This document shows, in pieces, positions 8,863 through 17,742 of a stretch of DNA of 28,285 bases (position 1 is its first letter; each line of letters begins with the position of its first letter). The notes below the pieces were generated by a model. It made no database searches. It was not told where the DNA came from and saw nothing but the letters and a program-made list of their open reading frames with translations. Source of the stretch: Calditrichaceae bacterium (GTDB lineage: Bacteria; Calditrichota; Calditrichia; Calditrichales; JBFXGD01). The position numbers and the translations under genes were made by a program. Location: contig JBFXGD010000031.1 in assembly GCA_050178385.1 (NCBI GenBank), positions 1-28,285 of the forward strand, in the 5' to 3' direction.

Positions 8863-8871
8863 ATTTTCCTC

Positions 8872-9627
8872 TTAAATAATTTCAAAATTTTCCCGCTGCA
8901 CCCAACCGGTTTTCCCATCAGCAAGTTTTACTTCAAACCACATCTGATTTTTTCGTTCAATCCGTACTTTAGTGCCTTCATGAACAACAAATAATTCAGT
9001 TCCGGTATTCGATGGTTCAGCATACAATGTCACTGAAGGATTTAATATAATGCCGTATTTTTCCGTTTCAAAAATATAAATTTTGTTGATCATGATGAAT
9101 GAAAACAACAAAAAGACCGTTAATACCACGGCAAAAACACCCTTAAGTCTGCCGTACCTTCCCCGGAATCTGTAATAAAGCCGCAATCCGCCAATCATAA
9201 TTGTCATCCAGAACAATCCACTTACGATAATGGTCAGCAGGCTGATATTAAATAGATTGAGAAGAGCATCCCACCAGACCGCCAGAAACAAACGCGGCGG
9301 ATTTTCAATCTGATCCACTAACCTGGCCTGCACCAGTTTCAGATTCTGTTCTAATGCCTCATCACCCTTTAAAAATTTTTGTGCTCGTTCATAAGACAAT
9401 CTGGACTTCCCAATTTTCCCGAGACGATAATACGCATTCCCGATATTGAAATGAAGTTCTCCGCTTTCATATCCTTCATTTAAAATCTTATTGTACACTT
9501 CGAGCGCCTGTTCAAATTTGCCCTGCTGATACAATTGATTAGCCTGGACAAAATACTGCTGTGCATCCTGAGCAAAAAGACCTGTAACAGAGATGAGTAA
9601 GAGAATAGCAAAAAGTTTTTTAATCAT
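8872..9627 (-). CDS. batE: BatE-like TPR + TM + SH3 protein
   Basis: Signal peptide, TPRs (FNIGNAYYRLG), two TM helices, SH3-like LFVVHEGTKV...WFEVKLADGKTGWV. Start at 9627 chosen for the TAATG overlap with the batD stop (track start 9636). Confidence 0.85.
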   Translation of the reverse strand: MIKKLFAILLLISVTGLFAQDAQQYFVQANQLYQQGKFEQALEVYNKILNEGYESGELHFNIGNAYYRLGKIGKSRLSYERAQKFLKGDEALEQNLKLVQARLVDQIENPPRLFLAVWWDALLNLFNISLLTIIVSGLFWMTIMIGGLRLYYRFRGRYGRLKGVFAVVLTVFLLFSFIMINKIYIFETEKYGIILNPSVTLYAEPSNTGTELFVVHEGTKVRIERKNQMWFEVKLADGKTGWVQRENFEII

Positions 9628-11447
9628 TATATCCATTTCTCAAATTTTGTTAGAATAGATTTTGCCCGGTCATAAAGAACTTGCTTATCCAGGTCATTTG
9701 CCGGAATATTCGCGAATTGACGGAAATCGCTTTCATCGAGAACTTCCAGATACTCCTGAATTTCACCATCGGCAATTCCCTTATGACGCAGTGATTTTTC
9801 CAGATTTTGTTTTCCGAAATCAGTCAGTTCCAAATTGAGTTTATTCTGAACGAACCCCTGCAATGCCTGCGATATGGAGCGGTAGAACTCGGATTGATTT
9901 TCGAGGGATATCTTCTTCCTGGCGTCGGCCAGCGCTTTGCCCGCAATTCTCCCCGCTTTTTTTCTTCTCGCCAGCTCTTGATTCCCGGAAAGTCTTACCT
10001 GATAGTCATTATATACAGAAAAGCCGATAAACAGCATCAGTCCTGAAAAAATACTGATCCAGAATGAATAGCTCATGTAAGGCTTCTTGCCAACACGGAC
10101 AAACGCGGTATTTTCTTTTATAAATCTTATATCCTGTCCCAAAAGCGACACTTCCTGCCGGTTAAATTGCTGCATACCGTTTGCGGCGCTTAGCTGCCCG
10201 TTTTCACCGCTGACCATTAGTTCTATCGGTTTACTCGAAATCGTCATGTATCGTTTCTGCTCAGGATCAAAATATGAGAAGGAAACGGGTTTAATATTAT
10301 ATTTTCCCGCAATTCGGGGAATCAGTATATATTCTGCCTTTTTTTCTCCACGAATTACTGAACCACTATTGTTGATATCGGTTGCAATTTTGGGTTCATA
10401 TTTTTCGATATCAGGCGGAATCAGCGGAGCAGGAAGATCAGTCAATTTGATATTTCCGACACCTGTTAAAATTTGTTTCAGAGAAATGGCATTATTAATA
10501 TTTGCAGTTTGCTTATCCACCGAAACATCAAAATTAAACTGGCCAACCGCACCTCCGAACCCTTCTGGTTTACCGCTTTCGGGCAATGGTTTCACCTTTA
10601 TTTTCACCGGATTGCTGCTGATCGATTTCTGTATTGTTGAACCGAGGGCGTCATTAAAGAAGTTATCAAAAAGGCCCCTCTGAGTTTGACGTGACCTTAC
10701 AACCGCTTCCATCGTAATCAGCATAGGATCGATTGTTAATTCTCCCGTCTGAGTCGGAAAAACAGCGATTTCCTTAAGAATAGCCACATTATAATTAACG
10801 CCATTAACAATTTCATTTTCGATAACCGGTTGCTGCGGCATTTTGAATTCTTCCGTCCAGAACCCGGCATTCGACGGCATTTTATCTATGTTGTAACCTC
10901 GAACGTTAACTTTGAAATAAAGTTTATACTCGATAATTATCTGTTCACCCAAATAGACATTTGTCTTTGAGACATTCGTTTTAAGATATAAATTTTCACC
11001 GGCAATATCAGCATCGGTTGTTGATTTTGGCCCGGCCGGGTTTGGGCTTGACGGTTGACCGGAAGATTTGTCTGCGTTAATAATTATTTCTTCCGATTCA
11101 AGAAGTTTGCCGTCAATGGTCACAGACGCCCTGCCTATTTTAAGTTCACCCGATTTACGAGGTTTCAGATAGAATGAGAAAGATTTTGACGACGTCATAT
11201 TACCGTTGATCCATTGAATGCTTGTTGATGAATTAGGACCGGAAAGAATATAAAAATCTTCAAATTCGGGAAACGTGACATCCGGAAGTGAAGTTGATTT
11301 TCCGGAAAGTTCCACCGAATACTGGATTTGTCCATCGATATTGACATTATTTGTGTTCACAACCGCACGGATAGAGACATCCCCGGAGAAGGCTGTACCT
11401 GTTGTAACAACCATAAATATTAATGTTAAAAATATTCTGTTTAGCAT
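9627..11447 (-). CDS. batD: BatD-like protein
   Basis: Signal peptide, GPNSSTSIQWING, GFWTEE, FGGAVGQF, G.GNIK, FSYFDP, QDIRFIK, then a TM helix and cytoplasmic tail. Start at Met8 of the track ORF (11447), just after the batC stop. Confidence 0.88.
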   Translation of the reverse strand: MLNRIFLTLIFMVVTTGTAFSGDVSIRAVVNTNNVNIDGQIQYSVELSGKSTSLPDVTFPEFEDFYILSGPNSSTSIQWINGNMTSSKSFSFYLKPRKSGELKIGRASVTIDGKLLESEEIIINADKSSGQPSSPNPAGPKSTTDADIAGENLYLKTNVSKTNVYLGEQIIIEYKLYFKVNVRGYNIDKMPSNAGFWTEEFKMPQQPVIENEIVNGVNYNVAILKEIAVFPTQTGELTIDPMLITMEAVVRSRQTQRGLFDNFFNDALGSTIQKSISSNPVKIKVKPLPESGKPEGFGGAVGQFNFDVSVDKQTANINNAISLKQILTGVGNIKLTDLPAPLIPPDIEKYEPKIATDINNSGSVIRGEKKAEYILIPRIAGKYNIKPVSFSYFDPEQKRYMTISSKPIELMVSGENGQLSAANGMQQFNRQEVSLLGQDIRFIKENTAFVRVGKKPYMSYSFWISIFSGLMLFIGFSVYNDYQVRLSGNQELARRKKAGRIAGKALADARKKISLENQSEFYRSISQALQGFVQNKLNLELTDFGKQNLEKSLRHKGIADGEIQEYLEVLDESDFRQFANIPANDLDKQVLYDRAKSILTKFEKWI

Positions 11448-11451
11448 ACGA

Positions 11452-12225
11452 TTACCAATCTTTTCCAACCTGTCTGCGTCCTCCGCGAACCGGCGGTTTA
11501 TTTTTCTGAGATTCCTGCTCTTCTGCGCGCAGCGCGTTTAAAATCCGTTCTGCTTCCTGCCGGTTCATCTGCTCTTTATCTTCTGAAGCCTGCTGTTGTT
11601 GCTGCTGCTTTTCTTCTTCTGCAGCCTTCTGCTGCTCTTGCTGCTGTTGTTGCTGTTGCTGCTCGTCCTTCTCTTGTTTTTTATCTTTCTGCTGATCCTG
11701 CTCACCGGATTGCTGATCTTCGCTCTTTTCTCCGGATCCCGATTGCTGTTGCTGCTGTTGTTGATTTTGCTGATCCGGCTGCTGCTTTTGTTTATCAGCC
11801 ATTTCCTTCAATTTTGCTCTGGCAAGTTCAAGATTATACTTGGCATCAAGATCTGAAGGATTCAACTCGAGTGATTTTTTGTACGCGTCGATACTTTCCT
11901 GTAATTTATCCTGCTGAAAATAGCTGTTGCCGATATTGTAAAATGCTTTGGCTGTCAGCCCTGTATCCTTGCTGCCTAATAATTTTTGATTTGCTTCGAT
12001 AGCTTCATCATACTTTTTCATTTTATAGAGCGCATCGCCCTGATTGAAGATTGTTTTCTCACTCTGCGGATCATCAAGAAGCGCATCCTGATACTTTGCC
12101 AGAGCATCCTCATATTTTTCCTGTTTGTACAGAGAATTCCCCTCGTTCACTTTTGATCTGATTCCCTGCCCAAATGCAAATTGGGTTAACATCAATATGA
12201 TAAGAATATATAGTAAATTTTTCAT
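11452..12225 (-). CDS. batC: BatC-like TPR protein with Gln-rich linker
   Basis: Signal peptide, TPRs (FYNIGNSYF, AKYNLELA), Q/E/K low-complexity region, AERILNAL and terminal KDW. ATGA overlap with batB. Confidence 0.88.
   Translation of the reverse strand: MKNLLYILIILMLTQFAFGQGIRSKVNEGNSLYKQEKYEDALAKYQDALLDDPQSEKTIFNQGDALYKMKKYDEAIEANQKLLGSKDTGLTAKAFYNIGNSYFQQDKLQESIDAYKKSLELNPSDLDAKYNLELARAKLKEMADKQKQQPDQQNQQQQQQQSGSGEKSEDQQSGEQDQQKDKKQEKDEQQQQQQQQEQQKAAEEEKQQQQQQASEDKEQMNRQEAERILNALRAEEQESQKNKPPVRGGRRQVGKDW
11590..11790 (-). repeat. In-frame CAG/CAA (poly-Gln) tracts in batC
   Basis: Several runs such as tgctgttgttgctgctgc on +, encoding Q7-Q8 tracts on the minus strand. Confidence 0.85.
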
Positions 12226-13259
12226 AAGCCGTTCATCTGATTATTTGCAAATTTCTTTTTTCGCACCGGTAAAAATGTTTCAATACCAAGCAGAACAATC
12301 GCCAGTAAAATAAAAATCTGAAACCTGTCTTCATACTGGGAAAATTGTCTGGATTTTAATTCCTTTTTTTCCATTTTGTTCACATCATCATAAATTTGCC
12401 CCAGTTCTGTTTCACCCGCGCTGGAAATATAATACTTTCCATTGGTTAAATAGGCAATTTTTTGAAGCGTTGTTACATCGAGTTTTGTCGTGACCACATT
12501 TCCTTCCCGGTCTTTCTTAAAACCCGCCGGACGGCCAGAGCGGTCATAGACAGGAATCGGCACTCCCTGAGGTGAACCCAGCCCGATTGTGTAAATTAGA
12601 ATTCCCTCTTTTGCGGCCTCTTCCGCGGCGGTAACAGGATCGGTTTCATGATCTTCACCATCGGTAATCAAAATCAGAACCTTATGCTTCCGCTCCTTCT
12701 GATTAAACGCTTTCATGGAAGTTTTTATAGCGTCACCCAAAGATGTTCCCGGTACCGGTATCAAATCCGTATCCATCATTCTGAGGAATAATTTTGCCGC
12801 CGAATAATCAAGCGTCAGCGGACATTGAACATGGGCCATTCCGGAAAATGCCACAAGACCGATGCGGTCGCCCTGTAACAAATCAATTAATTTTGCGATT
12901 TGATGTTTTGCTTTCTCAAGCCGGTTCGGCGCGATATCCTCTGCTTTCATGCTCAGTGAAACATCCAGAGCGACAATGATGTCCACGCCTTCACGCTTCA
13001 CTTCTTCCAGCCGCGTCCCGATTTGAGGATTTGCCAGCGCTAAAATAAGCATACTGTAGGCGGCGGTAAACAAAACCGCTTTCCAAATCACCCGCCCCTT
13101 ACTGAAACCGGGCATCATTTTCTTTAACATTTCTATTTGGCCGAAACTTTTCAGCAACGCCTCTTTTTTCCTGAAAACAAAAATGTAGAAGCCGATGATC
13201 AAAAATATGCCCCAAAGCCCGTGCAGCCAGAATGGGTTGTCAAATCTCAATACTTCCAT
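12222..13259 (-). CDS. batB: BatB-like vWA-domain protein
   Basis: N-terminal TM pair with LALANPQ, MIDAS DVSLSM, PNRLEKAK, CPLTLDY, GTSLG, LITDGEDH, C-terminal TM. Confidence 0.9.
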   Translation of the reverse strand: MEVLRFDNPFWLHGLWGIFLIIGFYIFVFRKKEALLKSFGQIEMLKKMMPGFSKGRVIWKAVLFTAAYSMLILALANPQIGTRLEEVKREGVDIIVALDVSLSMKAEDIAPNRLEKAKHQIAKLIDLLQGDRIGLVAFSGMAHVQCPLTLDYSAAKLFLRMMDTDLIPVPGTSLGDAIKTSMKAFNQKERKHKVLILITDGEDHETDPVTAAEEAAKEGILIYTIGLGSPQGVPIPVYDRSGRPAGFKKDREGNVVTTKLDVTTLQKIAYLTNGKYYISSAGETELGQIYDDVNKMEKKELKSRQFSQYEDRFQIFILLAIVLLGIETFLPVRKKKFANNQMNGL

Positions 13260-13288
13260 GCTTACCTATTATATTTTACCGTTTAATG

Positions 13289-14284
13289 TCAGGGTAGTTT
13301 TCTAAAATAAGTATTACTCAATATCAACTCGGCTATTAACAATACAAGACCAATTCCCAGATAGTAAATGAATAATTCTTCATATCTTGTAAACTCATTC
13401 ACATCAATTTTGGTTTGCTCCATTTCACCGATTTCGTCATAAATTTCTTTCAGCTTTCTTTCATCAGTCGCCCGGAAATACTTTCCTCCGGTAATCCCTG
13501 CAATTTCCCGTAATACCTGTTCATCTATTTCAACTTCCATCGGAACGTACCGCCTTCCAAAAATCGGGTCATCAACGGGATACATGGCTGTCCCTTGCTT
13601 TCCCGCTCCGATAGTGTAAATTTTGAGGCCGAAAGAATGGGCAATTCTTGCCGCGGTGATCGGATCAACCTGACCACGGTTATTAACTCCGTCAGTGAGC
13701 AAAATTACCACTTTACTTTTTGCCTTACTGTCGCGCAGACGGTTGGCCGCGTTGACAATTCCCATCCCGATAGCGGTTCCGTCCCAATCTTTATCGGCGA
13801 CTTTTACTTCTTCCAGTAGTGTCAGCAACACTCCGTAATCCAGCGTTAAAGGGCATTGAGTAAAACTCTCACCCGCAAATACCACCATTCCGAGACGATC
13901 GTTTTTTCGTCCCTTGATAAAGTCTTCCGCGACGTTTTTAGCTGCTTCAAGTCGATTATTTGGTTTAAAATCCTCGGCCAGCATACTGCTTGAAACATCC
14001 ATGGCCATGACAATATCAACACCTTCAGTCGTTACGAGTTCCTCCCTGCTGCTTGATTGCGGCCTCGCAAGTGCCAGGATGAGCATTGTAAAGGCAATCA
14101 ACCGGGCAAGAAAAAGAGTATGATACAGGCGCTGCTTTGCGCTGCTTCCTAATCTCTTTATTAATCCGACATCAGAATATTTCATTTTACCGCTGTTTTT
14201 CCGGTTTCCGCGTATGTACCAGTAAACCATACCGGGCAGAATCAGCAGTAACAGCAGATAGGCAGGATCAGCAAATCGGAACAT
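13289..14284 (-). CDS. batA: BatA-like vWA-domain protein
   Basis: MFRFADP start, LALARPQ, MIDAS DVSSSM, DGTAIG, LLTDGVNN, TGGKYFRA, C-terminal TM ending RKLP. Confidence 0.92.
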   Translation of the reverse strand: MFRFADPAYLLLLLILPGMVYWYIRGNRKNSGKMKYSDVGLIKRLGSSAKQRLYHTLFLARLIAFTMLILALARPQSSSREELVTTEGVDIVMAMDVSSSMLAEDFKPNNRLEAAKNVAEDFIKGRKNDRLGMVVFAGESFTQCPLTLDYGVLLTLLEEVKVADKDWDGTAIGMGIVNAANRLRDSKAKSKVVILLTDGVNNRGQVDPITAARIAHSFGLKIYTIGAGKQGTAMYPVDDPIFGRRYVPMEVEIDEQVLREIAGITGGKYFRATDERKLKEIYDEIGEMEQTKIDVNEFTRYEELFIYYLGIGLVLLIAELILSNTYFRKLP

Positions 14285-15633
14285 TATCTCTCTGAACTCT
14301 CCTTTAAATTGTCATCTATAATCAGATCATTTTTGGATTTAAATATTTCATCAAGCACCGCTTCATCCACCGCAACAACGTCTCCGTCAAGCGGATTTTT
14401 CACATATACAATACCCTTCTCCCTGATTCCGATTTCCAGTTCGGCCGTTCTCATATCACCTGCGAAAATCTCTATCATACCGGCCGGGCTTGTCAGTCCG
14501 TAAGGAAACAGATAAGTAGGTTTTTCAGCGACAAATTTCTTCACTGTCAAATTTATCAGAGTATTCAAAATATTTTCAACTTCCCGGATTTTGACTTTTT
14601 CACCTGTTTGCAGTTGCCAGACATCGAGCGTATCCTTGAATAATGTCAATAGATTTCCCTTATAAAGCAGATTTATTCGATCGGCTTTTTGTAAATTAAA
14701 ATCCAGTATTTTTTTGTGCCGGAAATCGTAAATATTTTTATTCAAAGAATTTACAAAAGAACTGTCAACCTCATAGATCAGAGTTCTTTTTTCGTCAGCC
14801 CCGTAAATAATGTCCCTGTCCGGAATGGAGAACCTGACACCCGATTCCAGTTCATCCGCGCTGTTCCTTAATTCGATGCTGACCGCGGGATTGGACAATC
14901 CGTAACTATTCAGTCTGGTTTTATGTTCTGATGCGACGGATATAATCCTGCTGCTGTTCAGATTATTCAGCATGTTTTCCACCAGCGATTGATCTGCTTT
15001 TGTTCTTAAAGGCCTACTAAGCATCCAATCGCTTCCATCTTTTATAAATTCAAAATTTCCATGCTGATTCTTTAAAAGAATAGTTTGTATATTAGTCATT
15101 TCAAAATGTGTAACTTTTTTATCACGTAATTCATAAAGTGATTTACCCGCGTTCTTTTTAAGATTCGATCCGGTAAGACAGACCACAGAATCCGACAGCG
15201 AGACATAGATTTTTTCTCCGGCCGTAAAATCATTTCCGATTTTAACCGAGTCCTTTGAACCGTTAATGCCCGTCAGGACAATCATTGTCGCGTCATATGT
15301 TAGTCCGTATTGTGACATCTGTTCGCTTCTTGCCGGAAAAGGTTTTTCAATCTTCGCGTCTACCAGCGATTGTAACAAGGAAATTATGGAAGATCGATCT
15401 GCTCCCGTCAAAACCGGTCTTTCAATCCGCCAGCCGGTTTTATCTTTTGCCAGGACAATATGTTCATTCTGCCTGATAATCTCAATCAAATTGATATTGT
15501 CCATCTCAGTCCGGAAAAGTTTTTCTGCTTTTTTACTCTTTGATTTCTGTTCATTGCCACCATCAATTTCGAACAGAAAAAATAATGCGGCTAAACCTAA
15601 TGCAGCAAAGAGAATAATGATTGTTTTACGCAT
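14284..15633 (-). CDS. DUF4340-domain membrane-anchored periplasmic protein (three repeats)
   Basis: N-terminal anchor; three modules W-x-(I/L)...(AD)...LL..L / YGL..P / LRDKK-like (WRIERP..ADRSSI, WMLSRP..ADQSLV, WQLQTG..). Stop overlaps the batA start (TAATG). Confidence 0.8.
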   Translation of the reverse strand: MRKTIIILFAALGLAALFFLFEIDGGNEQKSKSKKAEKLFRTEMDNINLIEIIRQNEHIVLAKDKTGWRIERPVLTGADRSSIISLLQSLVDAKIEKPFPARSEQMSQYGLTYDATMIVLTGINGSKDSVKIGNDFTAGEKIYVSLSDSVVCLTGSNLKKNAGKSLYELRDKKVTHFEMTNIQTILLKNQHGNFEFIKDGSDWMLSRPLRTKADQSLVENMLNNLNSSRIISVASEHKTRLNSYGLSNPAVSIELRNSADELESGVRFSIPDRDIIYGADEKRTLIYEVDSSFVNSLNKNIYDFRHKKILDFNLQKADRINLLYKGNLLTLFKDTLDVWQLQTGEKVKIREVENILNTLINLTVKKFVAEKPTYLFPYGLTSPAGMIEIFAGDMRTAELEIGIREKGIVYVKNPLDGDVVAVDEAVLDEIFKSKNDLIIDDNLKESSER

Positions 15634-15728
15634 TATTTAAGAGTTCCTTATTCCAGTATTTTACTATTCTTTTAACCATGATTTTTATTAAAACTTTCTA
15701 CGCCTGTTAATACTGCGCGATTAATTTT

Positions 15729-16772
15729 TTAATGATTTCCTGCCTCATCGTTCAGCTCCGCCGCTGGTAGCAGCGGATCATTCTCCTGATTATTTTTTTC
15801 CGGTTCGGATTCATAGATTATCTTTGTCTGATCAACAAAAGATCTGGCTTTTATTTTCAGGGGTTCTGTTTCATCCATACCCGGAGTATGTTTGGCAAAT
15901 TTAACAAGATCAGACATGACAAGCACATCTAACAGGTCTTGTCTGATTGACTCATCCGCGAGATGTTTTTTTAAATCTCTCATAATTTCAGTCGTTGTTT
16001 CCTCGAGCGCCGATAAATAGTACCGCCCTTCAAGATATCTGCGCAAAATATCCGACAGCTCCGTAAAAAATAACTTCAGGTGTCCTTTTTCCAGTAAATC
16101 TGACCTGAAAAGCTTGTCGAGCGCTTTTAAAGCAATCTGGTGGGCCGGCTCCGGCGTTGGAGGCGGGCTGAATATATATCCTTTTTCTTTTCGTCTTTTC
16201 CAGAACCGGAATCCTAAATAAACGAGTACGCCGACCAAAAGAATTACGCTAAGAACTAAAATCCAGAATTTATAATTGAACAGAATATCGATCGGTGGTT
16301 TGACATCTTTTAATTCGGGCGCCTCATCGTTTGCCAGAACCGATTTAACATAAATATCTATCGGCGATGCATCAATAATCTGATACCTGTTACTCGTATC
16401 CGAGGGGAAATAAGCAATCGGAAACGGCGGGATTGTAAACCTACCCGTATCAAAAACGGAAATACTGAAATCATACCGTTCGATAATCCTGCCATCTTTT
16501 TTTTCAGGATCATGGAACTTATAATCCTTTATCTCAAACATCCCAAGGTTCAGGCCTTCTCCGGGTTTTTCGATTCGAAGATTTTCCGCGCGGTCGATGA
16601 TAATCGAGTAGAGAATGCGGTCTCCAATGGTAATCGTTGATGTATCGACCATCGACTGGACTTCAATCAGTACATTTTCACTCGCTTTAGCCCTATGTGT
16701 ACCGGCGATTATAAAAAGAAATATAACGAAGATTATATTTTTTATAATATTATTACTGTATCCGATTTTCAT
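15729..16772 (-). CDS. Bat-cluster single-pass membrane protein (BatD-like Ig domain + TM + cytoplasmic helical domain)
   Basis: Signal peptide, VDTSTITIGD, FDTGRFTIPPF, LKDVKPP, TM then KRRK, LRRYLE.RY...ALEETTTEI, DLVKFAK. Matches the conserved gene usually found between DUF58 and batA. Confidence 0.8.
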   Translation of the reverse strand: MKIGYSNNIIKNIIFVIFLFIIAGTHRAKASENVLIEVQSMVDTSTITIGDRILYSIIIDRAENLRIEKPGEGLNLGMFEIKDYKFHDPEKKDGRIIERYDFSISVFDTGRFTIPPFPIAYFPSDTSNRYQIIDASPIDIYVKSVLANDEAPELKDVKPPIDILFNYKFWILVLSVILLVGVLVYLGFRFWKRRKEKGYIFSPPPTPEPAHQIALKALDKLFRSDLLEKGHLKLFFTELSDILRRYLEGRYYLSALEETTTEIMRDLKKHLADESIRQDLLDVLVMSDLVKFAKHTPGMDETEPLKIKARSFVDQTKIIYESEPEKNNQENDPLLPAAELNDEAGNH

Positions 16773-17682
16773 ATATCTGAACCTTTTGAGCTTTCATTAA
16801 CCGGTCAGCCAAACTCTGGTAAGCCTGCTGTTGTTTTTCCATCGCCAGATCCTGAGCCGCCTGCTGTCTAACTTCACTAAATGGTTTCTGTCCGATTATT
16901 TTCCCGTCTTTATCTTTCTCAGTGTAATTTTCCTTGTTCGCCTTGTAATACAATTCGACATCGGCAGGCTCTATTTTTTTTATCTGACTTTCCATTTCCT
17001 TTTGCAGTAATTTTTCGGCCATCAGACTTTTTTGCGCGCGGAAAGTCCCTTCGATCACATCTTTTTCCTGGTCAAAACCCTGCCGCTTTGCTGAGTCATA
17101 AAGCAATTCCTGAAGGATATACTGCTTTAAAAATTCACGTTTTTTATTTTTATCACTAAATTGCTCACGAACATAAGCAGGCATCTTTGAAATCTCAAAA
17201 TCCAAATCGCCCTGTGTTAATTCGCGGGAACCGATTTTCGCCAGCACCGCGCCATCCCGGTGTTCCTTTACAGTCGATTTATCAAGCGCCGCTTCCTGTT
17301 CATAAATGCGGGCTGCATCCGTCGATCGCTTCAACCGCTCAAGGCAGCTTACAATCTGCTTACCCACATCGCCCTGCAGGCTGCTTTCCGGGAAAAGATA
17401 TTTTACCTTGAAATAAAATTCCAGTGCTTTCCCGTAATCGCCGATCCGATCGAAATATATGTTCGCGATGGTATAATATGTATTCGCGCTTCTTGATGCA
17501 TCCGGTTTTGAATCCCGTATATAGGCCAGATATTCATCCACGGCCGCCGTATATAATCCGTTGGTATAATAAGCATTTGCCAGTTTTAAACGGCTCTCTT
17601 CTGAGACACTTTCGTTCTTACCCTGAGAACAGGAAGTGATCATAAATCCTAAAAGTATATAAAAAATAATCTTTCTTGACAT
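16753..17682 (-). CDS. Lipoprotein: TPR domain fused to SurA/PrsA-like chaperone body lacking the parvulin domain
   Basis: Lipobox ITS-C (start at Met8 of the track ORF), TPR helices, then VLAKIG..ELT..D / L.Q.I.QELLY..AK..G / YYKANKENY / KPFSEVRQQ / L.KA.KVQIY. No HIL or GDLG parvulin motifs. Confidence 0.7.
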   Translation of the reverse strand: MSRKIIFYILLGFMITSCSQGKNESVSEESRLKLANAYYTNGLYTAAVDEYLAYIRDSKPDASRSANTYYTIANIYFDRIGDYGKALEFYFKVKYLFPESSLQGDVGKQIVSCLERLKRSTDAARIYEQEAALDKSTVKEHRDGAVLAKIGSRELTQGDLDFEISKMPAYVREQFSDKNKKREFLKQYILQELLYDSAKRQGFDQEKDVIEGTFRAQKSLMAEKLLQKEMESQIKKIEPADVELYYKANKENYTEKDKDGKIIGQKPFSEVRQQAAQDLAMEKQQQAYQSLADRLMKAQKVQIYENRIQ

Positions 17683-17742
17683 TTTTTTAACTCTCTCATC
17701 CACGAATTGATTCTGAATCGGATTAAGCTCGCTTCACATATA

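Noticed and set aside
10087..10683. 198-aa + strand ORF and the many other 60-140-aa antisense ORFs
   Set aside because: They lie opposite well-supported genes and have shadow-ORF composition with no motifs.
11596..11856. Poly-Leu ORF on + strand
   Set aside because: Antisense shadow of the batC CAG/CAA tracts.
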